NCBI GenBank assembly: GCA_020634625.1
Contig: JACKBJ010000002.1
Coordinates: forward strand, 158,275-222,274
Source: Caldilineae bacterium
Lineage (GTDB): Bacteria > Chloroflexota > Anaerolineae > Epilineales > Epilineaceae
Reading direction: 5' to 3'
Length of the DNA stretch: 64,000 bases
This document shows, piece by piece, positions 40,758 to 50,330 of this stretch; positions within the stretch are counted from its first letter, which is position 1, and every line of letters starts with the position of its first letter. Made by a program: the position numbers and the translations under genes. The notes under the pieces were generated by a model. That model saw nothing but the letters and a program-made list of their open reading frames with translations, was not told the origin of the DNA and searched no databases.

Positions 40758-42076
40758 TCGCCACCAGCCTTCTCCTGGCGCTGGCCCTGCTGCCCCTGTG
40801 TGCGGCGCTGCTCTGCATCTGGTTGGCGCCGCGCGATCCCGAGAAGTCCCTGAAGCTTTCCTATGGGGCGGCGCTGCTGCTCGTGCTGCTGGTCTCGCTC
40901 TCGGTGGTGGATGCCCGGATCGGGCTCTTCGCCGGGCGTGCCTTGGAGCTGCAGCCCATCGCCCAGCTGGGCGTTCAGCTGCTGGGTCTGGCGATGTTGG
41001 GCTTCCTGCTCTCGCTCAATCGGGCGCAGGCCCAGTGGCTGGAGGCCTGGCTGCCCCTGGCCTGGCTGAGCCTCTTCGGCCTGATCCTGTCGCTGCTCAT
41101 CTCCTCGCTGCCGGTCGCCCTGCTCATCTTCCTCGGCGCGGCCCTGCTCTGGGCCTTCGCGCTGCCGCCCTCGGCGCGGGCGAGCTCGGCCGGGGTGACC
41201 ATGCGCTTCGCGGCGCTGATCTCGCTGACGCTGCCCCTGCTCCTGATCGCCTTCCGGCTTGCCGAGGAGCGCGCCGCAAACGACTCGGTCGAGCGGCTGG
41301 TCCTGGCCTTGGCCGTGCCGGCCTTCGGGCTCATCCTGGGCCTGATCCCCCTGCATGCCTGGACCCTGACCCTCGCCGGCGGCACGCCGCGCGCGATGGT
41401 GTTCGGCGTCATCTCCCTGGTGCAGACCACGGGCTTCATGCTCCTCCTGCGCACATTGGCCGAGTACCCCTGGGCGACCGAAGTGGCCCGTGGCACGCTG
41501 GTGGCGGCCGGCGCCCTGTCCGCCCTCGTCGGCGGTTGGATGGCGCTCTCGGCCCGCCGCGACGATCCCGACGACTGGCTGGTCTACGCCGCCATCGCCA
41601 ACAGCGGCATGCTCCTGGCCGGGCTCGGCACCCAATCCGAGGTGGCCGGGGCCGGCGTGGCGCTGCTGCTCTTCGCCCGCGTCCTGGCGCTGGTCTTGCT
41701 CGACCTGGCGCCCCGGGTGCCGCGGCTGCTGCGGCGACTGGCCTATGCGGCCGGTACGCTCGCCCTGGCGGGAACGCCCGGCCTGGCCGGTTTCCCCGGC
41801 CTGTGGCTGATCCTGCTCAAGCTGCAGGCGGGTCAGAACGGGGTGGCGAAGCCGGCCATCCTGGCCGGCAGCGGACTGCTCTTCGCGACGGCCGTGCGCC
41901 GCTGGCGGGCCGACACGGTCATCGAGGATGCGACCTGGATCGACGTGCCCGACCCGGGCGCGCGCCGAGCCGCGCTGATCCTGCTGGCGCTGCTCGTGTT
42001 GCTGGGCATCGCGCCCCAGATCGTCGCGCCCGCCTTCGGCATCGCCCTGCGCGACATCTTCTTCTCGCTTCCTTGA
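40754..42076 (+). CDS. Divergent NuoM/N-like (PF00361) membrane protein, 440 aa
   Basis: LIPLHAWTLTLAGGTPRAMVFGVISLVQTTGFMLLLR aligns with FPLHxWLPDAhxGAPTPVSALLHAATMVTAGVYLLIR. AYSSIAHMG corresponds to YAAIANSGMLLAGLG. The start overlaps the upstream stop by 4 bp. Confidence 0.6.
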   Translation: MIATSLLLALALLPLCAALLCIWLAPRDPEKSLKLSYGAALLLVLLVSLSVVDARIGLFAGRALELQPIAQLGVQLLGLAMLGFLLSLNRAQAQWLEAWLPLAWLSLFGLILSLLISSLPVALLIFLGAALLWAFALPPSARASSAGVTMRFAALISLTLPLLLIAFRLAEERAANDSVERLVLALAVPAFGLILGLIPLHAWTLTLAGGTPRAMVFGVISLVQTTGFMLLLRTLAEYPWATEVARGTLVAAGALSALVGGWMALSARRDDPDDWLVYAAIANSGMLLAGLGTQSEVAGAGVALLLFARVLALVLLDLAPRVPRLLRRLAYAAGTLALAGTPGLAGFPGLWLILLKLQAGQNGVAKPAILAGSGLLFATAVRRWRADTVIEDATWIDVPDPGARRAALILLALLVLLGIAPQIVAPAFGIALRDIFFSLP

Positions 42077-42113
42077 GCCCCGCGGCCAGCACGTGCCGTG
42101 GCGGGTAGGGTGC

Positions 42114-42142
42114 TTGACTCCACCCTGGCGAGTCGCTTTAAT
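42114..42142 (+). promoter_or_regulatory. Sigma70-type promoter: TTGACT, 17-nt spacer, TTTAAT
   Basis: gtgcTTGACTccaccctggcgagtcgcTTTAATc, about 100 nt upstream of the S1-domain gene in a locally AT-richer segment. Confidence 0.55.
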
Positions 42143-42237
42143 CTTCCTTTAAGGCTCGTCGGCTGCCTGCCAGCCGGTCGTGGCCTGCCGAAGCGCCGGC
42201 CAGCCCGAGGGCGAGCCGGCGGGAGTCGCCGAACGAA

Positions 42238-43236
42238 ATGTTGAACGGGGACGGAGACATGGGCACACAACCGCAAGAGCTGCCGCATGCCGAGTTCAGC
42301 GAGGACTATTGGAAAGCCCTGCTGGAGCAGGGTGAGGGTTCGGCCGAGATCCCGATCGGACCGGTCGAGGCCTTCGAGCCCGGCGACCTGGGAGCCGGCT
42401 ACGCCAATGGGGCGCCCCGCGCCGTCAACCGGCGCGAGCCGGAGAAGTGGGACCAGCTGGATGAATGGCACGACGCTGGCAAGGAGTTCGTGGCGCCGGT
42501 GATCGGCTGCAACAAGGGCGGTCTGCTCGTGCGGGTCTGCGAGGGGCTTGGATTCGTGCCGGCCTCACAGCTGGTGGATCTGCCGCATTCGCTCGGCACG
42601 CCCGACCTGCGCTCCGATCTGGAGAAGATGGTCGGCCACGAGATCACGCTGCGTCTGATCGAGATCGATCGCGACCGCGATCGGGTGATCTGTTCTGAGC
42701 GCGCCACGCGCTGGCACGGCGGTGATGCGGACGCGCGCCTGGCCAGCCTGCAGGAGCGCATCGGCGAGGACATCGAGGGCACCGTGCGCAGCGTCTGCGA
42801 CTTCGGCGTCTTCGTCGACCTGGGCGGGATCGACGGATTGATCCACATCTCGGAGCTCAGCTGGCAGCGGGTGAGCCATCCCTCCGACGTGGTGGCCCTC
42901 GACGAGCGTCTGCGGGTGCGCATCCTGAACGTCGACCTCGAGGGACGCCGCGTGGGGCTCAGCCTCAAGCGGCTGCGCGACGACCCCTGGCAACGGGTGG
43001 CCGACCGCTATGCCGTCGGCGACGTCATCGAGGCCAAGGTCACGAACGTGGTTCATTTCGGCGCCTTCGCGCAGGTGGACGAAGGCGTCGAGGGGCTCAT
43101 CCACATCTCCGAGCTGTCGGACACCCCCTTTCTGTACGCCCAGCAGGTCGTCAGCGAAGGCCAGGTGGTGAAGGTGCGCGTCCTGCACATCGATCCAGGG
43201 TCCCGCCGTCTCGGCTTGAGCATTCGTCAGGCCTGA
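42238..43236 (+). CDS. S1 RNA-binding domain protein (truncated ribosomal protein S1-like, three S1 domains)
   Basis: Three S1 OB folds are present (GDIEGTVRSVCDFGVFVDLGGIDGLIHISELSW and GDVIEAKVTNVVHFGAFAQVDEGVEGLIHISELS). Confidence 0.8.
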   Translation: MLNGDGDMGTQPQELPHAEFSEDYWKALLEQGEGSAEIPIGPVEAFEPGDLGAGYANGAPRAVNRREPEKWDQLDEWHDAGKEFVAPVIGCNKGGLLVRVCEGLGFVPASQLVDLPHSLGTPDLRSDLEKMVGHEITLRLIEIDRDRDRVICSERATRWHGGDADARLASLQERIGEDIEGTVRSVCDFGVFVDLGGIDGLIHISELSWQRVSHPSDVVALDERLRVRILNVDLEGRRVGLSLKRLRDDPWQRVADRYAVGDVIEAKVTNVVHFGAFAQVDEGVEGLIHISELSDTPFLYAQQVVSEGQVVKVRVLHIDPGSRRLGLSIRQA

Positions 43237-43253
43237 GGCGAGGGACGCCGGCC

Positions 43254-45500
43254 ATGGCCGCCAACACGGGCTGGCGTCCGGTCCCCGCGTTGGGCTGCGC
43301 CTCGCTCGGCGTCGGCGGCCTGGCGCTGGTCGCGCTCGGCTTTGGCGAGGGCATCGCCTTCAGCGTGCTCGGCCGTCGTCCCCTGGCCGGTCTGGGCGAG
43401 CTCTGGTGGCGGCTGCTCGGTTGGGGCGCCTGGCCTTGCGCCCTGCTCCTGGCGCTGGCCGGAGTCGGGCTGCTGGCGCGGGCCGACGAGCTGCCCTGGC
43501 GCCTGCCCTGGGGCCGAGCCCTGGCGGTGGAGACCCTGCTCGCGGCGCTCTTGACGCTCATCGGCCTGGCGCGTGGCGCTGCAACGGCGGCCGATGCCGG
43601 GCCGGAAGGTCAGCTTGGCTGGGCGCTCGCCGCCGTTTCGCGCGAGGCCCTGGGCAGCACCTCGGCCTTCCTGCTCTGGCTCGCGGCGGCCCTGCTGGGC
43701 GGGCTCTCGACCCTGCGGATCGGCGGGGCGCGCCTGGCCGCCGGCCTCGAAGCCCTGGCCGACGCCTTGGCCATGGAAGTGCCGCCGCCGCCCGATCCCG
43801 ACACGCTCGCGCCGCCATCGCGGCCGGTCGTGCGGGCTTCCGCCCAGCCGCCCGCCAGCGCCGCGCAGAGCGCGACGGTCGGAGCCCTGCGTCACCGCGG
43901 CCAGGCCCCCATGCCTCCCGCGGAATCGGGCATCGACCGCGAGACGACCTCTGCCGGGCCAGCGCCGGCCCCGACCCTGCCCGGACCGCGGGACCCCGCC
44001 GCCGACGATGCGCGTCGGCGCCCGCCGCCGGTCCGTGACGCGTCCCGCCCCTCGGGCGCCAAGCCGCGCGCGGGTCGTCGCTCGACGCTCCTGCCCGGCC
44101 TGGACCTGTTCGACCCGGCGCCCGCGGGCGAGGCGCGGGTGGAGGATGGCGCGTTGCAGGCGGTCGGCCGTCGGATCGAGGAGACCTTGGCCGGCTTCGG
44201 CGTGCCGGTGCAGGTCGTGGAGATCGAGCGCGGGCCCACCTTCACCCGCTTCGGGCTCCGGCCGGGCTACGTGATGCGCGGCGACCAGCGCCTGCGGGTG
44301 AAGGTGTCGCGCATCACCGCGTTGCAGCAGGACCTGGCCCTGGCCCTGGCCGCGCCGACGGTGCGCATCGAGGCGCCCGTGCCGGGTCGCCCGATCGTCG
44401 GCATCGAGGTGCCCAACCCGGATTCGACCGCGGTCGGGTTGCGCGCGATGCTCGAGGATCCCGCCTTCCGCCGCGTCGCGCGTGCCGGCGGTCTGGCTCT
44501 GGCGATGGGGCGCGAGGTCACCGGTGAGACCGTGGTGGCCGACCTGGCGCGCATGCCGCACCTGCTGGTGGCCGGCGCGACCGGCAGCGGCAAGAGCGTC
44601 TTCCTGAACGTGCTGTTGGCCAGCCTGCTCTTCCAGCACACGCCGGACGACCTGCGGCTGATCCTGATCGATCCGAAGCGGGTCGAGCTCGGTCGCTTCG
44701 GCACGCTGCCGCACTTGATCGCCGGGGTGGTGACCGACCCGGCCGAGGCGGTCGGCGCCCTGCGCTGGCTGGTGGCCGAGATGGAGCGTCGCTACCAGGT
44801 CTTCTCGGAACGGGGCGCACGCGACCGGGCTGGCTTCAACGCCCAGTCGCCAGCCGGCGAAGCGCCCTTGCCGGCCCTGGTCGTGGTCATCGACGAGCTG
44901 GCCGACCTGATGATGACGGCTCCGGAAGAGGTCGAGCCGCTCCTGACGCGCCTGGCCCAGATGGGCCGCGCCACCGGCATCCACCTGGTGGTCGCCACGC
45001 AGCGGCCGTCGACCGACGTGGTCACCGGCCTCATCAAGGCCAACTTCCCGGCGCGAGCGGCCTTCGCCGTCTCCAGCGGGATCGACTCGCGGGTGATCCT
45101 GGACCAGATGGGCGCCGAGAGCCTGCTCGGCCGCGGCGACATGCTCTTCCAGCCGCCCGACCGGCCGCATGCGCGCCGCCTGCAGGGTGCGTTGGTCGCG
45201 GACGCCGAGCTCGACCGGCTGATCGACTTCTGGCGCGGCTCGCACTGGGACGCACCGCGCCGGCTGCCGCCCTGGGAGGATCTGGTGCCTTCCGGCGATC
45301 CCGACGCCGAGCTGCTCGACCAGGCCCGGGCGATCGCCCAGGAGGGGCGCGAGCTGAGCGCCTCGCTGCTGCAGCGCCGCCTGCGCATCGGCTACTCTCG
45401 GGCGCGCAAGCTCTACGACCGGCTGTCCGAGGAAGGCCTGGTCGCCGGCAGCCGCGACAGCGAGGGCTTCGACTGGGTCGACGACGAGTTCGACCGCTAG
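43254..45500 (+). CDS. ftsK: DNA translocase FtsK/SpoIIIE
   Basis: N-terminal TM region. The motor has Walker A (VAGATGSGKSVFLNV) and Walker B (VVVIDELADLM), plus a C-terminal gamma winged helix (RIGYSRARKLYDRLSEEGLV). Confidence 0.9.
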   Translation: MAANTGWRPVPALGCASLGVGGLALVALGFGEGIAFSVLGRRPLAGLGELWWRLLGWGAWPCALLLALAGVGLLARADELPWRLPWGRALAVETLLAALLTLIGLARGAATAADAGPEGQLGWALAAVSREALGSTSAFLLWLAAALLGGLSTLRIGGARLAAGLEALADALAMEVPPPPDPDTLAPPSRPVVRASAQPPASAAQSATVGALRHRGQAPMPPAESGIDRETTSAGPAPAPTLPGPRDPAADDARRRPPPVRDASRPSGAKPRAGRRSTLLPGLDLFDPAPAGEARVEDGALQAVGRRIEETLAGFGVPVQVVEIERGPTFTRFGLRPGYVMRGDQRLRVKVSRITALQQDLALALAAPTVRIEAPVPGRPIVGIEVPNPDSTAVGLRAMLEDPAFRRVARAGGLALAMGREVTGETVVADLARMPHLLVAGATGSGKSVFLNVLLASLLFQHTPDDLRLILIDPKRVELGRFGTLPHLIAGVVTDPAEAVGALRWLVAEMERRYQVFSERGARDRAGFNAQSPAGEAPLPALVVVIDELADLMMTAPEEVEPLLTRLAQMGRATGIHLVVATQRPSTDVVTGLIKANFPARAAFAVSSGIDSRVILDQMGAESLLGRGDMLFQPPDRPHARRLQGALVADAELDRLIDFWRGSHWDAPRRLPPWEDLVPSGDPDAELLDQARAIAQEGRELSASLLQRRLRIGYSRARKLYDRLSEEGLVAGSRDSEGFDWVDDEFDR

Positions 45501-45512
45501 CGCGGATCCGTC

Positions 45513-45538
45513 GCGGCCGAGACGCGGCGCTCGGCCGC
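45513..45538 (+). terminator. Hairpin after ftsK (9-bp stem GCGGCCGAG/CTCGGCCGC, 8-nt loop)
   Basis: Inverted repeat 13 nt after the ftsK stop. Confidence 0.4.
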
Positions 45539-45575
45539 CCGCGTCGGGCCGCGCCGCCGAGGCGGCCGGATCGCT

Positions 45576-45584
45576 GTGCTATAA
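45576..45584 (+). promoter_or_regulatory. Extended -10 (TGcTATAAT) upstream of yebC
   Basis: cgcTGTGcTATAATcgcccgg. Confidence 0.5.
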
Positions 45585-45649
45585 TCGCCCGGTCACCCTG
45601 ACGCGCACCTGCGCCGGCCCCGGCCGGCATGGACGAGACGAGGATAGTC

Positions 45650-46402
45650 ATGGCCGGTCACTCCAAATGGGCCAACATCAAGCATCGCAAGGCCGCCGTC
45701 GACAAGAAGCGCGGCGCCTTGTTCACCAAGCTGGCGCGCGCCATCACCTCGGCCGCACGCGAAGGCGGGCCCGATGTCGAGATGAACTTCTCGCTGCGCC
45801 TGGCCGTCGACAAGGCCCGCGCGGCCAACATGCCCAAGGACAACATCGAGCGCGCCATCCAGCGCGGCGCCGGTGGTGCCGAGGGTGAGTCGCTCGAGAC
45901 GGTGACCTACGAGGGCTATGGCCCGGGCGGCGTGGCCATCATGGTCGTCGCCACCACCGACAACCGCAACCGGACGGCCGGTCAAGTGCGCAGCAGCTTC
46001 AGCAAGCATGGCGGCAACCTGGGCGAGAGCGGCGTGGTGGCCTGGCAGTTCGACCAGCGCGGCACCATCAACATTCCGGCCGCCGACGTCGACTCCGAGC
46101 TGCTGGCGCTGGAGGCGATCGACGCCGGCGCCCTGGACGTCGAGGTCGACAGCGAGCTGGTGGTGGTCTACACCGAGGTGTCCGACTTCCAGCGGGTCAA
46201 GCTTGCCCTCGACGCGGCGGGCTACGACACCAGCGAAGCCGAGCTGGCCATGATCCCCTCGGTGCAGATGGCGGTCGAGGACAAGCAGGCCCTGAAGGTG
46301 CTCCGGCTGGTCGAGGTGCTCGAGGACTTCGACGACGTCGACCAGGTCTGGAGCAACCTCGAGCTCTCCGACGAGCTGATGGCGCAGCTGGAAGCCGACT
46401 GA
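45650..46402 (+). CDS. yebC: YebC/PmpR-family transcriptional regulator
   Basis: MAGHSKWANIKHRKAAVDKKRGALFTKLAR. Confidence 0.93.
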   Translation: MAGHSKWANIKHRKAAVDKKRGALFTKLARAITSAAREGGPDVEMNFSLRLAVDKARAANMPKDNIERAIQRGAGGAEGESLETVTYEGYGPGGVAIMVVATTDNRNRTAGQVRSSFSKHGGNLGESGVVAWQFDQRGTINIPAADVDSELLALEAIDAGALDVEVDSELVVVYTEVSDFQRVKLALDAAGYDTSEAELAMIPSVQMAVEDKQALKVLRLVEVLEDFDDVDQVWSNLELSDELMAQLEAD

Positions 46403-46431
46403 GCTTCGGTCGGCCGGGGACGGGCGTCGGC

Positions 46432-46923
46432 ATGCGGGTGCTGGGCATCGATCCCGGGACGGCGACGACCGGCTTCGGCTTGATCGAGGGCCTGCCGGGC
46501 AGCGCCGACGCGCTGCGCTTGTTGGACTACGGAACCGTGCGCACCGCGCCGGAGACCCCGATGCCGCTGCGCCTGGTCGAGCTCCACGAGGGCATCGCCG
46601 GCCTGATCCGCGATCTGGCGCCGGACGAGCTGGCGGTCGAAGAGCTCTTCTTCTCGACCAACGTGTCGACCGCCATCAGCGTCGGACAGGCTCGCGGCGT
46701 CATCCTGCTGGCCGGGGCGCAGGCCGGCCTGCCCATCGGCGAGCACAAGCCGATGCAGGTCAAGCAGGCCCTGACGGGCTATGGCGGGGCCGACAAGCGT
46801 CAGGTGCAGGACATGCTGCTGCGCCTCTTGCACCTGGATCGCGTGCCGCGCCCAGACGACGCCGCCGATGCCATCGCGATCGCCATCTGTCACCTGCAGA
46901 CGGCCCGGCTGCGCGGGCTCTAG
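46432..46923 (+). CDS. ruvC: Crossover junction endodeoxyribonuclease RuvC
   Basis: MRVLGIDPGTATTGFGLIE and DAADAIAIAICH. Confidence 0.92.
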   Translation: MRVLGIDPGTATTGFGLIEGLPGSADALRLLDYGTVRTAPETPMPLRLVELHEGIAGLIRDLAPDELAVEELFFSTNVSTAISVGQARGVILLAGAQAGLPIGEHKPMQVKQALTGYGGADKRQVQDMLLRLLHLDRVPRPDDAADAIAIAICHLQTARLRGL

Positions 46924-46952
46924 GGCGCGCAGCCGGGCATCGTTCGGGCCGG

Positions 46953-49031
46953 TTAGTGCTCTTCCTCGGCCACCTTCTGCACCTGGGCGATGATGCCGGG
47001 CATCAGCTGCTGGGGCACCGGCGCGAAGTGTGAGAACTCGGCGGTGTAGTAGCCCCGGCCCTGGGTCATCGAGCGCAGGTCGGTCGAGTAGCGCTGCATC
47101 TCGGCCAGCGGGACGTGGGCCGAGACGACGGCCTTGCCGGCGATCTGCTCGGTGCCCTGGACCATGCCGCGCCGCGTGTTGAGGTCGCCCAGCACGTCGC
47201 CCATCTGGCTGTTGGGCACGATGACGCGAACGTTCAGGATCGGCTCGAGCAGGGTCGGGCCGGCGTCCTGCATGGCCTTCTTGAAGGCTTCGCGTCCGGC
47301 GATCTGGAAGGCGATGTCCTTGGAGTCGACCGGATGCTCCTTGCCGTCGTAGACCACGGCGCGCACGTCGACCACCGGGCAGTGCGCGATGACGCCTTCC
47401 TGCAGCATCTGCCGCACGCCCTTCTCGATCGAGCTGATGAATTGGCTCGAGATCGCGCCGCCGAAGACCTCGCTGGCGTACTCGAAGCCGCTGCCGCTCT
47501 CGAGCGGCTCGAGGCGCAGGTGCACCTCGGCGAACTGACCGGCGCCACCGGTCTGCTTCTTGTGGCGGTACTGGGCCGAGGCCTTGCGGGTCACGGTCTC
47601 GCGGTAGGGAATGCGCGGCGTGGCCGTATGGACGTGGACGCCGTACTTCTCCTCGAGGTGGTGCACCGCCACGTCGATGTGGGCGTTGCCCATGCCCGAC
47701 AGGATCAGCTCGTGCGTGGCGTCCTCGAAGTGCGACTGCAGGGTCGGGTCTTCCTCGACGATCTTGTGCAGGGCCTGGCCCAGCTTGGCGCCGTCGGCCT
47801 GGCTGGACGGGACCACCGCCACCGAGTAGAGCGGCTGGGGGTAGACGAAGGGGCGGAGCTCGAAGGGATGCTCCTTGTCGGCCAGGGTGTCGCCCGTCTG
47901 GCTGTGGTGCAGCTTGGCGACGGCGCCGATGTCGCCGGCATGCAGGTGTCCGACCGTGATCTGCTCCTTGCCGCGCAGGACGTAGAGCGGCCCGACCCGC
48001 TCCTCCTCGTTGTGGTTGACGTTCAGCACCCGCGAGTCGGCCTGGAAGCTGCCGGAGATGACGCGCAGGTACTGCAGCTTGCCCACATAGGGATCGGCCT
48101 GCGTCTTGAAGATGCGCAGCACCAGCGGGCCCCCGTCCTCGGTGACGAGCTCGACCGTCTCGTTGCTGCGCTTGTCGATCGCCGTGCGCGACACGCTCTC
48201 GGCCGGCGACGGCGCCAGCAGCTTGATCGAGCCGAGCAGGGCATGGATGCCGATGCAGTCGGTGGCGGCGGTGAAGAGCACCGGCACGTAGGCGTTCTTG
48301 CGGCCGCCGGCCAGGAGGCCTTCGCGCACCTCGTCCGGGGTCAGGTCGCCCTCGTCGAAGTACTTCATCATCAGCGCATCGTCCGACTCGGCGGCCGCCT
48401 CGACCAGGGCCTCGCGGTAGTCGTCGGCCTCGGCCAGGATCTCGGCCGGCGCCTCGCCCGGTTTGCCTTCGGGGCCGAGGCTGGTCGTGCCCGTGTTGAG
48501 CCGGTAGATGCCCTTGAAGGCGTCGGCCTTGCCGATCGGCAGCTGCAGCGGGGCGAAGCGGGTGTCGGGGAAGGCCTCGCGCAGCTCGCCCATGACGCGG
48601 GTCCAGTTGGCGTTGTCACGGTCCATCTTGTTGATGACCACCATCCGCGGCAGGTTCAGCTCGTCCAGGTACTGCCAGGCGATCTCGGTGCCCACTTCGA
48701 CGCCGGCCACGGAGTCGACCACCACCAGCGCACAGTCCACCGCCTTGAGCGCGGCCATCACCTCGCCCACGAAGTCGGCGTAGCCGGGCGTGTCGATGAA
48801 GTTGATCTTGTAGCCCTCCCATTCGACCGGGATCAGGCTGCTCGAGATCGAGATGCTCCGGCGGTGCTCCTCTTCGTGGAAGTCGGAGACCGTGTTGCCC
48901 TCCTCGGTCTTGCCCATGCGGGTGATGACCTTGGTGGCGTAGAGCGCCGCCTCGGCGATGGCGGTCTTGCCGGCGCCGCTGTGGCCGACAATTGCGACGT
49001 TGTGGATCTTGTCGGTGCTGTATTCCTTCAT
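46953..49031 (-). CDS. Elongation factor G paralog (EF-G2-like translational GTPase)
   Basis: G-domain motifs are IHNVAIVGHSGAGKT, DTPGYADF and NKMD. EF-G domains II-V are present. Start at ATG 49031 (MKEYSTDKIH). The antisense 647-aa ORF is a shadow. Confidence 0.85.
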   Translation of the reverse strand: MKEYSTDKIHNVAIVGHSGAGKTAIAEAALYATKVITRMGKTEEGNTVSDFHEEEHRRSISISSSLIPVEWEGYKINFIDTPGYADFVGEVMAALKAVDCALVVVDSVAGVEVGTEIAWQYLDELNLPRMVVINKMDRDNANWTRVMGELREAFPDTRFAPLQLPIGKADAFKGIYRLNTGTTSLGPEGKPGEAPAEILAEADDYREALVEAAAESDDALMMKYFDEGDLTPDEVREGLLAGGRKNAYVPVLFTAATDCIGIHALLGSIKLLAPSPAESVSRTAIDKRSNETVELVTEDGGPLVLRIFKTQADPYVGKLQYLRVISGSFQADSRVLNVNHNEEERVGPLYVLRGKEQITVGHLHAGDIGAVAKLHHSQTGDTLADKEHPFELRPFVYPQPLYSVAVVPSSQADGAKLGQALHKIVEEDPTLQSHFEDATHELILSGMGNAHIDVAVHHLEEKYGVHVHTATPRIPYRETVTRKASAQYRHKKQTGGAGQFAEVHLRLEPLESGSGFEYASEVFGGAISSQFISSIEKGVRQMLQEGVIAHCPVVDVRAVVYDGKEHPVDSKDIAFQIAGREAFKKAMQDAGPTLLEPILNVRVIVPNSQMGDVLGDLNTRRGMVQGTEQIAGKAVVSAHVPLAEMQRYSTDLRSMTQGRGYYTAEFSHFAPVPQQLMPGIIAQVQKVAEEEH

Positions 49032-49315
49032 CTGGACACACGTTTCCCTGGTGGCTGACCGGGCCGGTCGGGGTGTGGCCCGGATCGGGTGGATGACCGG
49101 TATGTACAGGTGCCCCAGACCGAGGACCGGGGCACGGATGCGCGGAATTCGAGCTTGCTCCAGAGCCATCGAGTATAGACCCGAAGCCGGGAGCGGGCCA
49201 GCGTGTTTCGGCCGCTGCCGAGCGGGCGGGCGCTCCGGGTCGCGCCGCGCCTGCCGGGGCGCGGAAGCGGCCGCCGCGGGGCTCGCGCCCGCCAGGCTGC
49301 GGGTGACGCGAGGCG

Positions 49316-49920
49316 CTAGGGGGCGGTCGGGCTGGCCGGTTCCAGCGCGGCCAGCCCGGATGCGGCGCGGTCGCGGGCGGCTTCGGCCAGGCGGAGCAGG
49401 TGCTCGGCGTCGTCGGCTCGGTTGGTTCCGACCAGGATGAGCGCGTCGTCGATGCGGAAGGAGGCGGCCTGATAGACGCCCGAGACCCAGCGCCGGCCTT
49501 CGGTGACGCCGTCGAGCGCCAGCGCTTCGCTCTGGAGGCCGAGGGCCGAGCCAAGCAGGGGCGCGGCGGCGGCGTCGAGCGCGCGGGCCTCGTCGGCGCT
49601 GGCGAAGAGGAGCGCGGCGCTGCTGATCTCCTCGCCGGTGCTGGCATCGCGCCAGGTCACGAGCTCGCGGCTGGCCGGCAGCGCGAGGCGGCCCAAGGTG
49701 GCGCCGCTGGCCATGCGCTCGGCCTGGCGCAGATCGATCGGCGGGCTGCTGCGCTGCAGCGGGCCGATGGGGAGGGTGGCCGAGATGTCGTCGCCGCTCA
49801 GGGTCAGGCGGGCGGCGCGGTCGTCGGCGGGGGCGGCCGGGGGAGCGAGGCAGCGGTTGATGGACAGGGTGGCGATGGCCAGGGCGGCCAGGGCCAGGAG
49901 GAGCGGGCGGCGTCGGCGGG
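49316..49920 (-). CDS. Hypothetical protein with an N-terminal Arg-rich / TM anchor (RRRRPLLLALAALAIATL)
   Basis: The ORF continues into the C-rich strand of the G-run region, which is probably not coding. The true start is uncertain. Confidence 0.3.
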
Positions 49921-50064
49921 GTGGGGGGGGGGTGTGGATCGTGGGGGGGGCGTCGAGCGGGGAGGCGGTGGGGAGGCGGAAGGCGATGGGGATCCAGTGG
50001 GGGGTTGCGTGTTCATGCTGGGGATTATAGCGGGGGGAGCACGTATAATCGGGGGGGTGTGGCG

Positions 50065-50211
50065 GGGCGGGGCCTGCCGTGGAGCGGGGCATCGGAACTC
50101 GGGGGGCGGCTGGGGCGGGGGCGGGGCAGGGCGCGCGGCGGTGGATGGGGCGGTGGGCGGGTCAGATCGCCCTCGGACGGTCAATGCCCCGCTCCACGGC
50201 AGGCCCCGCCC
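50065..50211 (+). repeat. 28-bp perfect inverted repeat flanking a 91-nt G-rich spacer, in the leader of the Sua5-like gene
   Basis: 50065-50092 is GGGCGGGGCCTGCCGTGGAGCGGGGCAT, and 50184-50211 is its exact reverse complement. TATAAT-like boxes lie just upstream at about 50025-50048. Confidence 0.8.
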
Positions 50212-50330
50212 TGGTGGACCGGGAAGCGTTGAGGATGGAGCGGGGGAGTTGGTTGGAATCGGGAGAGCTGGATGAGGAGCTCCCATGGCTGGGTGAAGGG
50301 GGAGGGGAGATCGGGGTGAGGGCGCGGGTG

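Noticed and set aside
40723-42108. 461-aa plus-strand ORF in an alternative frame to the 440-aa membrane protein
   Set aside because: The alternative frame is Arg/Pro/Gly-rich and not hydrophobic. The 40754 frame gives a coherent polytopic PF00361-like protein.
50079-50330. N-terminal 84-aa extension of the Sua5-like ORF
   Set aside because: It is a Gly/Arg-rich translation of the G-run region and contains the 28-bp inverted repeat. The YrdC domain begins right after the ATG at 50331.
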